Origin: the human T2T-CHM13v2.0 reference genome, Homo sapiens
DNA length: 64,000 nucleotides
Strand: one strand, 5' to 3'
Assembly (NCBI RefSeq): GCF_009914755.1
Contig: NC_060925.1
Shown here: piece by piece, positions 43,116 to 59,341 of the stretch
Layout: each line of letters starts with the position of its first letter
How positions within the stretch are numbered: the stretch's first letter is position 1
The notes under the pieces: model-generated
The model's database searches: none
Seen by the model: the letters and a program-made list of their open reading frames with translations, nothing else
Told to the model about the DNA's origin: nothing
Program-made: the position numbers and the translations under genes

Positions 43116-43891
43116 CTACTACAATTTGTATATAGACCTTCAAATTTTTTCCAGTTTATGGCTCTTATAAAAAATGCTATGAACATTCTTGCACAGAGCT
43201 TATTGTAGACATATATTTTCGTTTATTTTGGTAAATCCCTTCCCTCTGCCTTTGGTAGACATATAACGTAGTATTCTGAGTCTTAAAAGTTAGAAGGTTA
43301 GGATAAAAAAAAACCCAGTGGTAAAACTGTATCAATAATTCTCAATCTGATTTTTAAGTGGCCTCAGTTATAATCTTCCCTTGTCTCTCACTTCAATTAG
43401 AAAATGAAGGTTAGCAAATATTAATGCCATCAATATACAGCCTCCATACACATTTATCTGTCTTTATAGCTCCTTTCTCCTGTTTTCTGTTGGACTTTGA
43501 GGAAAAGGTTTCTGTTTTCCTGTCCAAGGCAAATCCCTCTTCATCTTATTTTCTACCATCTCCTCAGGAGCTTTACTGTACTTTGCCCTCAAGTCTTTTT
43601 CATATTAAAAAAATGTCTATATCAAGCTCGCTAGACAAGAACATGGCACACACAGTCTGGCAAACAAGAAATATATATAAATAATCCTACAAACAGTTAC
43701 ATAAAGTGAAAAGTTCTGTAAAGGAAAACTAGAGGGAACAATGAAAGATTAAAACAACAGATCCTGATTTAGTTTGGAAGCTCAAGAGACTTCTCTGAAC
43801 ACTTGGATAGAAAACGTTGAAACTACAGATGAGAGAGAATTATAAATAAGGAAAGTACTTCAGGAGATAGGACAGAATTAGAATCAAAGTA

Positions 43892-44720
<829 letters not shown>

Positions 44721-45520
44721 TGTAAGGAATTTGATTTAGGTAGAAACAGAGTCAAAACCCTTTTTCTGAGATAGAAAGAAAGAATTTGACTAGAAAGTGA
44801 AATCAGTTTAAAAGCGTGGTATGAGTATGTGTATTCCTTATTTTTCCTATGAACCAGAAGGCCTGACAATCTTTTGAGGGAGCTGAGGATGATACTTGAA
44901 ATTTGAAGGAAGTGGTGAGAAGTTAGAAGTGCTACTATAAGAAATGAGAGAGGCTGCTGGCAAGGAATTAGTAAAAGGTTTGCTGAGAGGTCCTGAGGGC
45001 CCAGGTGAGGGTGGAAAGCACCTGTGATTAAGGCGCTGCATCTTGTACCTGCAACACGCAACTGTGCGGGCACATGCGCACAGGGACAACAGGTGGTTTT
45101 AAGGTGTGTCTGGCAAAGGCCCTGGAGGCTATTCAATGGGAGGAGGAAGTAAGAAAATTGTTAAAAGAATGAGGACATTTAAAAGTCTTGAAGCGAAAAT
45201 AAAGTTAGGCAAATTCTGCCTTTTCTGCCTCCACACCTCAAATATACAGATATGGGACCTGTATGCAAAGATCCGTCCCTACTTTATATGGCAACAAAAG
45301 ACAAACAAACAAACAAACAAAACAAACAAAAAAACAATAACAAAAACTGTCCTTCAAAAAAGACCAAGTTTCTTTTAAGGCCAAAAATCTAAAAAAAAAT
45401 TCTAAAGAGACTGAGCCTGTAAAAGAGTTTCTATATATAGCAAAGATTCAGCAACTGAGATAAAACTCTATTTTTTCTCCTCTTAAAAAAATGGAGATGC
45501 CAGAACATTACCTAGACATG

Positions 45521-45677
45521 AACTTCTCACATTTCAATGTGCGTATAAATCACGTTGTTAAAATCTTGTTCAGATGCAGATTCTGATTCAGTAAACCTGG
45601 GTTGGGAGCCTGAGATTCTGCTTTTTAACAAGCTCCCGGGTAATGTTGCTGCTGCTGGTCCTCATTGAGTAGCAAGG
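45521..45677. mobile_element. MER5-type hAT-Charlie element
   Basis: atgcagattctgattcagta...gagattctgctttttaacaagctccc. Confidence 0.8.
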
Positions 45678-45743
45678 ATTTAGATCACCTGAGGAGTGTA
45701 AATCAACTCTGAGTGACTCAATGGGGCTTCTGTGTTTGAAAAT

Positions 45744-46632
<889 letters not shown>

Positions 46633-47065
46633 GAATGTAGGAAGAGAATCTGGCAGATCTCAGATAAATAGCAAAAGGAAGAGAGAAGGTCCTTTGGGTC
46701 CCTGTGGTGAAGGAGTCTATAGTGACCTGAATTATGAAACTGCCCCATAGCCTTGGAGGTTAGAGTTCAAATAGGAGGTACCATTCAGATTTCCCAGCCA
46801 TTACTGAGTTGAAAACTGGTGGCATCAACTGGCACCCTGTAGATAAACTGACACACGACTGTAAACCCAGAAATTGGAAGTGAACACTTCTCTCACTGTT
46901 ATACTTGAATGGGCATGTTAGAAGGCATACTGCAAATTGTTGGAAGGAGAGTCAACAATGAGGGACAAACTAGAAAGTGGAAGAAATAGGTCAGATGAAA
47001 GTTCAATAACAAAGCATTAAGTTGAGATGGTATTTGGGGTAGTACCTAGTAAGACGACTTAAGAA

Positions 47066-47374
47066 ACATGGATGAAGCTGGAAACCATCATTCTCAGTAA
47101 ACTATCACAAGGACAGAAAACCAAACACCGCATGTTCTCACTCATAGGTGGGAGTTGAACAATGAGAACACATGGACACAGGGAGGGGAACATCATACAC
47201 CGGGGCCTGTCAGCGGGTGTGGGGCTGGGGGAGGGATGGCATTAGGAGAAACACCTAATGTAAATGACTAGTTGACGGGTGCAGAAAACCAACATGGCAT
47301 ATGTATACCTATGTAACAAACCTGCACGTTGTGCACATGTACCCTACAACTTAAAGTATAATTAAAAAAAAGAA
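47066..47374 (+). mobile_element. 5'-truncated L1PA (older primate) 3' end
   Basis: L1 3'UTR plus A tail; TSD aagaaacatgg at 47061-47071 and 47375-47385. Confidence 0.95.
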
Positions 47375-48701
47375 AAGAAACATGGTATGACTTTCTGGGC
47401 TTGTGTATCTGAAGGAAATGGCTCTGAAGTGATGGCTGTGCTGGTGCTGTGAATGAACACCTGATCATGGTACCAGTCCACAGTCTGGATGCTTGTGGTA
47501 GAGCCAAAGAATTAGAATTTCTCTATGGATTGACGTTTCCAACATAATACACATGGATTTAAACAGTTAAGGCAAAAGTGTTTAGCAACATATGCTTTCA
47601 TGTCACTAACCTAAATCCACCAGGAAAAAACCCCAAGTGGATCAAGAACTCTGCTCTGTGATGATCTCTCCCTGACACATTCAGCACACAGAAAGGAATC
47701 ATTGCTGATCGTTTGTAACATGCCAAGAATGAAACTGCATTTTGGGATACTTTATTTTGCTCTCCTCCTTAGAGGCCAAGAGAGAAATTAAATTAAAGTC
47801 CATAGATCAAAAGCATAACTTCTCAGCTAAAAATGCAGCTACACATTAGTTAACATTCAGAAGACCAGGCCCTTTGCGGTTTTGTGACTTTCAAGTTACC
47901 AATGCACTAATTTCCTGCTGATCCTATCAATGGGTCGCGTCTGGGAATCACAGCACCTACAATGTCAACAGGGAGAATATGCAGATGTCTCTGGTGGAAG
48001 AGGTGATAAGCTCCATCAAAGTCTTGATCCTCTCATCAGAAAGGCTATCACCATTTTTCGTCCCACATGGGTTTTCCCCTCTGTCAATATGGCCCCGTGC
48101 CTGGTAAATCTGCATAATGAGATGGTTTTCATAAATCACGTGCAATCAACATACAGATTTTTTTGGACCTCTAACCAAGACTATATGTGTTTTAACTAGA
48201 CTGAATACATAACTCTAGTGAAATAAAAAGAAAGTTTGTCTCAAGCAGAGAAAAGTCTTCAAAAGATGGCTGCAGGAGTATGCTTCCCCAGGGAGCTAAT
48301 CTGTCTGGGTTAGGATAAGAAATAAAATGATTTTGTTTTTCACATTTTTAAAAAAGTTCTTGTGGTTGCAATATCCAACAAAATGTACTGTTGACTGCCT
48401 CAAATGGACAGTGCATATTCTTCCAGGATGGGCTTGGGGACTGAAAGGCAGAAGGACATACGTGCCCCTTCCTTCCTGGCAGCAGGGGAGGAAACGGCCT
48501 CATAGAATGGCAGAGAGCAAAGTAGAGCAGCCTCATGAAAGAGGCCATGGATGCTGACATGCTTGCTGGAGAAGATGAAAGAGATCCAGAAAGTTCCTGT
48601 GGCCCCTTGAGTGTTAGAAATGAAAACCAAGTAAAAAGTAAGAATTAAGTTGTCTGCTGGGGGCTCTCCACAGTGTGGATTGAGGGACCTTTAGATGATG
48701 G

Positions 48702-49250
48702 TGTCAAAGGCATTCGAACCAGAGTGACTCCATCTTGAGTAAGGGCTAGGGAAAAAATGAGGCTGGGACTTGTTGGGCTGTGTTCTCACAAAGTTAGGTA
48801 TTCCTAGCCTCTAGGTGCTTACTGTTAAGAAAACAGATTGATAACATTTACTAAACAGACCCAGACTTAGGAGTGTCCTGATATCCCCATACCTTGAGAA
48901 CAGAAGCATTCTTAATTTTGCTTTAAAGGTAATAATATCGATTCTTACAAAACATAGTAATTAAGAAAATTAATCCTATATCACAAACCCATGTAGCACA
49001 ACACATGATCTTTTGATATATATATATATCTATCTATAAACTAGTATTGTACCTAAGGTGGATGCATTCCTCCCCTTACTTTTGGCAACGCCCTACTCTG
49101 TCTATGGAGTAGCTGTTCTTTATTAATAAAGCTGTTCTTTCTTAATAAACTTGCTTTTGCTTTGCGCTGTGGTCTTGCCCTGAATTCTTTCTTATGTGAG
49201 ATCCAAGAACCCTTTCTTGGGGTCTGGACTGGGACCCCTTTCTGGTAACA
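48702..49250 (+). mobile_element. MER41-family solo LTR (ERV1)
   Basis: tgtca...gaaccagagtgactccatcttga start; gagatccaagaaccc...cccctttctggtaaca end. Confidence 0.9.
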
Positions 49251-49757
49251 TCACTAGCCAGTTATAGACAACAGTAGTAATGGGGTGGTGTGGAGGAAGG
49301 GAGACCTTACATTGACTATACCCAGAGAACAGACCGTGAGCTATATCAATGCAGGAATATTGAAGAGTGAATGCAAATAGGGCAGAGGGCAACACGCAGA
49401 TACACAATAGGACATGACATCTCAATGAAGATAGGTGAGACCGGAGGACCAAATGAGGACCAGAAGCCAGGGAAAAGTCCAAGGTCCCTCATGCAAAGGC
49501 ACGAGGGCACACAACCTACTTGCCTTACACCAGAGTGCTGTGCAAGAAAAGGAAGGCAGAGGGAAAGTAGATCTGGGAAGAAACTTTCCCCAGATGACAG
49601 TAAGTCACCAGACAGTGGCAGAATAACCAGGAAGTGTTCAGTTATACATAATAGGCAAGATTAAACCACATTTCCAAAATCTCTCATTATCCCCCTTCCT
49701 GACCCTTCATCAGTCAATAAAATAGGGCTCATGAGGACATTCGGGTCAGTTATACAG

Positions 49758-50697
<940 letters not shown>

Positions 50698-53400
50698 ACA
50701 GAAATAAAAAGATGTACCCTCTGCTAGTGTCGTGGTGTTGTTGTGGTCAATTTTAAACAAGCTGCACTAGGGATCTGAAAGGGCCCCTCCTCCATTTCAT
50801 AGCTCAGAAAGCTTGACTGTTGCCTTCACTCTGCTGGTGAGAAAATTAGCTCAGCAAATATGTCTCTTCCCACTCAGGCAAAGCAAAAAGAAATGACCCC
50901 TGTCAAGGAATTTAAAAAGCTGTTACCTAAAAGGGGCACAATGAGGACATTACCTATCTCCATTGTCTTAGTGTTAGGCTACATAATTAAAATGACTCCA
51001 CCATATCATGTTCGTAAAAGACATAATGACAGGAGGGGACAGAGCAAGGTAATGTCGCTCCCAAGAGTCAGCATATTAATGGGGCCTTTCAGTTTGATAA
51101 TGTAATTAACCTTCTTAAATCCTACTCTCAGTAAAATTCCAAGGAGCAGAAGCTACAAGAATAATGTCCTTTTCAAGTAACCTTACTAGCATCAGGGCAT
51201 TCACTTGAGAAATGGTGGTGATGGTCAATTCCTGATAAAAGACTTTAAAACACTGTTTCTAAAAAGGTCTGAGCTGCCAAATATCAGATTCACATGACCA
51301 AGCCTATGTTTTCATCTTCTTCTCTTGATGAAAATAATTTCTCCTTTCTTTCACAACCTTTCATTTTCTACATTTTATTGAATTTGAAGTCTTGAAATGC
51401 AAAGACTAGAGAGTCCCATGGTCGATTCTATAAAATCCAAATCATCTCCTTCATTGGATGCTTTATGTCTACAACCAGCCTTCAATACATAAAACATGAG
51501 ACTGTCCAACAACCAGGTGGCATTGGTTAGATAGTATCTCTATGTATTTACAATATTATTCTTTTATGCAATGTTACTTAAAGGCCAAATTTTAAACATT
51601 AATAGTTCAGACAGCACTTCACCAGTTTTAAATCCACTGGACTGAGGCACTCAATGTTACTTGTCTACAGGTATCTACAGAACTAAACTTTTGCAAGCTC
51701 TCTCCAGTCATTTCGACTGTGGCCCAATGATGTCACAGGACTGTTGAGACAACAGAAATCACTGGATCAGTCATGTAACTAACCAGTCATTCCCTAAACA
51801 TGGAAACTGCTCAACTCATTTATTATCATCCTTTGAATATGTATTATGTTCCAGGAAGCACCATGATCCTTACCAAGAGGGAAGTAAAATATTTCCATAA
51901 ATATCTACAGTTAAAAGTTTCCATATAAGTGGTAGAAACAACTATGAAAATCTTGAGGACGAATACATCATTCCTGGATCTGGTGATCGGAAAAGGCATT
52001 TCAGCTGGCCATGAAGAATAGGTTGGTTTCCGTCAGACTGAGAGACGAGACTCTTACATAGAGAAAAGGATTCTCCATCACTTACATCAAAGGAAAAATT
52101 TTTCATGGGATTGACAAGTCATCCAGTTCAGCCTAGATACAGGGAAATAGCGTGAGGTAACACTAAAAAAGTTGCCAGGTTTCAGAAAACCCCTTCAGTC
52201 TCCAGTGTGTTTATGGGCATTGAATCACAAATTGAAAAATTCTCCCATTTCATATTCACAATTAAGGTACTTCTAAATCTAAAGTTGCACAGTTTCAAAA
52301 AGCTTTAGTTTTCATCTCCAGGCTGTCAAAGAAAGTCCAAGATCTTCTAAGATAATCCTTTGGAAGCTGAGAAATAGCTATAACTTCCAATGACAGATTT
52401 TTATTGTACCCGAAATTTCAAGTTTCATTATGTTCATCTGTCGTGTACTTTCTGGGCTAATTGTTCTGCTGTAGCTTAGAACAAAAAATATAATGCAGAA
52501 ACTATTCAATAAAACCTCTCATTTTCACAGTTAGGGTTCTTACCATTTTTTCTTGGTTGCTAATGTTTTCAATTTGGCCATTTGTTTAAATTTGCAATTT
52601 GTTAGTAATTTGCGTAACTTAAACATCTAATATATAAACCTTTAACCTATTGACCATTATAGCTTCATTTCATAGAAGCATTTATAAACAAAGTACATAC
52701 TAGAAGCTGAATTTGCTCCCCCAAAAGTTTACAGTCTTGTGCATTTTAGAGTAAATGATTGGTCTTGTACTGATTGATGGTAACAAATAAATGTCAACCT
52801 CAATTTTGTATTCCAATTTTAACAAAATTTTGGTACATTGCTTTTACCATTACTATCAAGTGAATTTATGTAAGTTAATCTAAGAAATGGCAATGATATT
52901 TTAGGATAATTTCATTTAGATATTTTATTCTTTTAAAAACTAAGTATATTCTCTTTCCAGTGATCAATATAAGATAATATCTATTATAAGAATCAAGTCA
53001 GATCAAAGTAAGGCATTGACTTTTTTCTGATCTCCCACATTTTAGTTGCCTAAATTGAATATTTACCAAGTTCTGTGGCTTGCACTGCAGAACTGCACTA
53101 CATTAAGATAACTCCCATTAAACAAATTCACTTTAGTGTGTAATTTAATCAAGCTATTTGTTCAGTTTGCAACCAGGTCTTAATTTGTTGTTTAATTCAG
53201 AGGTTACTAGAAAAATGCTCACCTAAAAATAATTAACCTAGAATCTGGCAAACTTACCTTATAAGAATATTGGCAGAAATCCTGTGTGGGGTGTGAGGTA
53301 CGATGGGATAACATGGATGTGAAAAATTATGAAGATTTGGAGCCTGCCTCACACCAAACCAGGTTTAAATTCCTTAGAAAAAATTTTACATAAAAACTCA

Positions 53401-53803
<403 letters not shown>

Positions 53804-54378
53804 TCAATTTAGGGAGAGACCTGGGACTAGAGTACTAATGTCTCTACTGTAATACTTCTGTCATGTAGCATTTATCAGAGTCTAAATTTGAAGTGGGTTT
53901 TTTTGGAGACAGCATATTGTGGTCTAATTTTTTAGTGCAATCTGCCAATCTCTACCTTTATGTGGCATGCTTATACTATTCACATTTAAATTGATTATTG
54001 CTATATTCAGATCAAAATCTATCATCTGTCCACTTGTTTTCTACTCATTGCATTTGTTGTGTATTTTCCTCTTCTTTTACTGCCTTCCATTGATTTACCT
54101 GAGCATTTTATATGATTCTATTTTATCTCCTCTTTTGGTGTATAATTTATGCTGATTTTTATAACTTTTTAAGGAGCTGCCATAGATCAACAATAGATAT
54201 TTTTAAATGATCTAAATCTATCCTCAAATAACTCTGTACTCGTTTATTACAAGTGCAGGTACCTAATAACAAAGACTTCCTAATTCCTCCCTTCCCTTGC
54301 AGCATTGCTGTCATTCAGTTCACCCGATACATTGCTACTACTATTGCTTTAAATGAAGTTATATTTTAGATTAATTAA

Positions 54379-54622
54379 GTGGATTGCTTGAGGTTAGGAG
54401 TCTGAGACCAGCCTGGTCAACACGGTGAAACCCCGTCTCTACTAAAATACAAAAATTAGCTGGGCGTGGTGGCGCACGCCTGTAATTCCAGCTACCAGGG
54501 AGGCTGAGGCAGGAGAATTGCTTGAACTCAGGAGGTGGAGTTGCAGTGAGACAAGATCACACCACTGCACTCTAGCCTGGGTGACAGAGCAACACTCTGT
54601 CTCAAAAAAAAAAAAAAAAAAA
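54379..54622 (+). mobile_element. 5'-truncated AluS
   Basis: Starts at gtggattgcttgagg; complete right arm. Confidence 0.92.
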
Positions 54623-55113
54623 GTGAGAAAAAGAAAATATTTAACTTTACCTTCAATTATGCCTTTTTTTTATGTTGCTTCTTTGTGTATATACGAGTTT
54701 AGTCTTTATTTCTCTGTCACCTTTGAAACATGTTAGCCAGACATAGAATTATAGGTTGGCAGATTTTTCTTTGAATACTTCAAAGATTTTTCTCCATTCT
54801 CTTCTTGATTGCATAGTTTCTGGTGAAAAGTCTTCTGTAATTCTTATGGATGTTCTTCTATAGTTTAAGTGATTTCTATCCCCCTCTGGTTTTCTGCAAG
54901 ATTTTATCCTTTTCTTGATATGTTATACTGTAGCTTGAATAGGATAAGCCTAAGGTTTTTGGTTTTGTTTTGCTGTTAATCCTATTTACCCTTTTGGTAT
55001 TTTATGTTGTCTATTTTTTTCATCAGAGGCTTTAACATGGTAATCATAGTTATTTTAAGTTTCCTGTCTGTTAATTCCAACATCTGTTTCATATGTTAGT
55101 CGGGTTCTGATGA

Positions 55114-55447
<334 letters not shown>

Positions 55448-56338
55448 CGCCTTGTCTCTTTAGACTGTGTTTTTTCCTCATGTTTTCGCATGCCTTGTAA
55501 TTTTTTGTTGAAAGCCAGGTATATCATATCAGGTAAAAGGGACTCAGGTAAATATACCTTTAGTATGAGATTACCTTTATTTATCTGGCTAGCAGTTGGG
55601 TCATGTCTAATGTTTGTTGCAGCTATAGATACCAGAGGCTTTAAATTCCTCTAGTGTTTGTTTTGTTTTTGTTTTTGTTTCTATTTTTTTGTCTTTTTTC
55701 TTGATTTGGGGGATATTCTTGGTACAAGTCTTCAAGAATGTGTCTTGCAGGTCTTTCAGCTGTAATACATTGTTACTATACTGGAGGCTTATTGGTGTGA
55801 CGGTAAGGTGGAGCGGAGGTGGGGGGCATTCTATAAACTTCTGCATAAGTCTCATTTAGTGAGACTTTTTCTTGGGGCTGTGGCCTTCACAGGTGTTTCT
55901 GTCCCTCCCTCCTCAAGGGGTAGAGGTTTTTCCTCTACTTTCCCTACTTCCATTCATCGCTTCAGTGTTCTCAATCCATTTCCTGGATGTCATATACCCT
56001 GATAATTAGGATTTTTCCTTTTTCTTTAGGTGAGATATGCTCAAGTGGGGCAGAATTCCACTTCACAAGCTGGGATAAGGTTTCAAAATTGCCCTCAGGA
56101 AAATTTATTCCCCTGGGGACTAGGCCTTTGTTAGGCACAAAGTATAGGACACATTCTCTTTCCTTTCCCCTGCGAAGGCCATGAGGGGATTTTTCTCAGA
56201 GCCTAACCATGAAAATCTGGTGCTGTTTTTAAAGGGAAAGCCTACAATATGTGAGGCTATCCCATGACCAGGGCCCCCAGGAGTGACTCACTCTAATGCT
56301 GGTCTGCCCTCAGTTTCCAGAAATTCATCACATTTACT

Positions 56339-56418
56339 ATTTAAATGTTCCTGCTAACTTACGGTGTCTAGCATCTTCATTTAAATGTTCTTACTAACTT
56401 ATGGTGTCTAGCATCTTC
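56339..56418. repeat. 40-bp tandem duplication (3 mismatches)
   Basis: atttaaatgttc[c/t]t[g/a]ctaactta[c/t]ggtgtctagcatcttc x2. Confidence 0.95.
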
Positions 56419-56481
56419 TGCTCCAAGTAAACAATTCTTTCTGTACTGTATCTCTCTGAAGGAGTCTGTTGCTGCAGACTT

Positions 56482-57001
56482 TTTTCTTTTTTTAGAAGAA
56501 TTATAACTTTATTTTATTTATTTATTTTTTTAAATTATACTTTAAGTTCTAGGGTACATGTGCGCAACATGCAGGTTTGTTGCATAGGTATACATGTGCC
56601 ATGTTGGTTTGCTGCATCCATCAACCTGTCACCTACATTAGGTATTTCTCCTAATGCTATCCCTCCCCCAGCTCCCCACCCCGCAACAGGCCCCAGTGTG
56701 TGATGGTCCCCTCCCTGTGTCCATGTGTTCTCATTGTTCAACTCCCACTTATGAGTGAAAACATGCGGTGTTTGGTTTTCTGTCCTTGTGATAGTTTGCT
56801 GAGAATGATGGTTTCCAGCTTCATCCATGTCCCTGAAAAGGACATGAACTCATCCTTGTTTTATGGCTGCATACTATTCTATGGTATATATGTGCCACAT
56901 TTTCTTTATCCAGTCTATTATTGATGGACATTTGGGTCGGTTCCAAGTCTTTGCTATTGTGAATAGTGCCACAATAAACATGCATGTGCATGTGTCTATA
57001 G
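56482..57001 (-). mobile_element. 5'-truncated L1PA (older primate) 3' end with bipartite tail
   Basis: L1 3'UTR antisense; TSD tgttgct(g/a)caga(c/t)tt at 56467-56481 and 57002-57016. Confidence 0.95.
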
Positions 57002-57118
57002 TGTTGCTACAGATTTGAAAATGATATGTTGACCTATGACTTCAGTTCTCTGATGGGTAGAAGAAAAGTCATTGAATTTTGGTTTGTCCAGATTTTTCTT
57101 GCTGTAACAAAGATTTCC

Positions 57119-57164
57119 AAGTGATGACTTAAAAAGAGTGATGACTTCAAAAGAGTGATGACTT
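57119..57164. repeat. 17-bp tandem repeat AAAAGAGTGATGACTTC (about 2.7 copies)
   Basis: Read directly. Confidence 0.9.
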
Positions 57165-57398
57165 CTAAGTTCTTTGCATATTGGAAATAAAAGTGGAAGT
57201 CTCAGCTCTTCTAATCTGTGAGAATGTTAGCAAGTTACTAAATCTCTATGTGCATTAGTTTTTATCATCTGAAAAAATGGGTATAAGATGCCTTACCTAA
57301 TGAAGTTGCTACAGGGGATAACTTCTAAAAAACATCTACTGCAAAGTCTGGTATGAAGTAGGGGCTCAGTCAGTGCTATTTGTCTAATAAAACACGCA

Positions 57399-57824
57399 TG
57401 TATTCATTTCCTAGGGCTGTCATAAAAATTATTGCAAACTTGGTGGATTAATAAACAGGAGTTTATTCTCTCAGAATTCTGGAGTCTAGTAGTCCAAAAT
57501 CAAGATGTTGACAGGGTCATACTCCCTTCAAAAGCTCTTGGGAATACCCTCCTTGCCTTTTCCAGCTTCTAGTGGCTGCAGACATTCCCTATGGCTACAT
57601 AACTCCCATCTCTGCCTCAGTCTTCACATGGCTTTCTCTGTCTTCTCCTTCTAAGATTTATGGCCCACCCAGATAATCTAGGAAGATCTCATCTTGAGAT
57701 CCTTAACTTAATTCCATCTGCAAAGATAGAATTTTCCAAATAGGTCACATTCACAGGTTCTCAAAATTAGGACATGAACATATTTTTTTCTTTTTTGAGG
57801 GAAAGACCATTCAATCTTCTATAA
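57399..57824 (-). mobile_element. MLT1B/C-type MaLR solo LTR
   Basis: tgtattcatttcctagggctg...tttattctctcagaattctggag...ccttaacttaattccatctgcaaaga. Confidence 0.85.
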
Positions 57825-59341
57825 TGTATTAGTTAAGTCAGCTGTTGACTGAACCAAACTATCAGTTTGGCCAAACAATTAATCTTAAAGTTCCATATAA
57901 ACTTCTATATTGCCCTAGAAGAATAGAGAGTAGTGTTTTAATTTCTTTGTCCAATAGAATAGATTCCACAATACAACCATCAGTGCCAGACAGTCAAGAA
58001 AACATGATCTACTGTATCAACTTACTGTTTTTCCTTCAAGGGGATCACAATATTTTATCCACAAAAGCAATTTGGGATCATTCCTTTGAATAGAGAGGAA
58101 GCAAATAATATGGTTCTTATGTTGTAAATGGGAAATTAAGACAGAAGGGTAATCCAGTTAATGTTTATGGTTTAATTAAAAATGCTGACAGAAAGACTCA
58201 CGACATTGGTAGAACTTCTTATTAGTGTTGTCAACATAGCTGTACTGCCTCATCTTCTTATTTTCTTTCTCAAATTTCAATCTCCAGAACCAAAGAAGCT
58301 CTATTTTGCATGCATCAGTAACAATGAGCAATTTACACTTAGCGATCCTCCTCTGTCACACAACAGCAGCTGTCTGTGAGTCCTCATTCTACTGTGAGAA
58401 GCAGGTTTGCTGTTTTATTCCTCTCTTATTCAGTGCATATGCAAGGGGTGGGGTGGAGGGCTGGGTACAGAGGACAGCAAGGAGACAATAATTTATCATT
58501 TCCAAACAAACAACAAAGGTTGTTTCAAAAATCCAGCTTACTGTTTTTATTTTCAGTCTGTAATTCATTTTCAAAATGTTTGGACATAACCCTTTGGCTT
58601 TGCTTCTGAGCATTTACATGACATTTAGACAGTGAACACATCTCCGATTGGTGCACAGCTATGGGCATATGGCACAGCTTACTGGAAACACGGATTCACA
58701 AGAATACGTATCCAGTTTCAGAATAAGAACCAAGTATTTGCTGACTGAGTGTCATGTGGACTGTTTTAAACTCCCTATCCATAACTTTCAAACCTACTCT
58801 GGGGGGCGGTCAAGGGGAGGAGGTGGAAGGGTAGACTGTTGGCTGGAATCTAATGCCTTTCCTTTACTATTAAAAATCTATGTGAAAACATTCCTAATGG
58901 GTATGGTAATATACCACTTTCGTACCTTATAAAAACCTATTTACTTAGTTTACTCAGTTTACAAGCTGAGATTTGAAGCACTAACCACTCGGGGTCCTAT
59001 CTTGATAGCCCTGGCTTACTTACCAATATAGGAGAATGTGTTCTGTTCAACCTGAGAAAAATGGTGGGAGAGGACCAGCAGTTGAACACCTGGCCCATCT
59101 AAAGTGAGGATGGTAAGAATGATAAAGGAAGGTGACCAGTTGCCTCCTGGGTTCTCTGATCACTGCATGTTTAGCTGTGCGGTTAAGACAGCAGATTTAA
59201 ACGCAATACAGGGTCCTACGATGACAATATTATCTGCCATTGATTGAAAACTGATTATATACAAGGGGGTTACTATTCAAAACCTCATTATTCCTTATAA
59301 TAGCCCTATTAGGTAGGCCTTTTCAATCTCACATCATGTAT

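Noticed and set aside
48775-48795. STAT1/GAS site expected in MER41 interferon enhancers
   Set aside because: Reads TTCTCACAA rather than TTCNNNGAA; no intact GAS seen here
56011-56035. Strong polypyrimidine-AG|GTGAGA motif
   Set aside because: On the plus strand, antisense to RGS7, inside old L1 sequence; no evidence of a plus-strand transcript
57119-57164. Repeated GTGATGA resembling snoRNA box C
   Set aside because: Arises from a 17-bp tandem repeat; no paired box D with terminal stem seen
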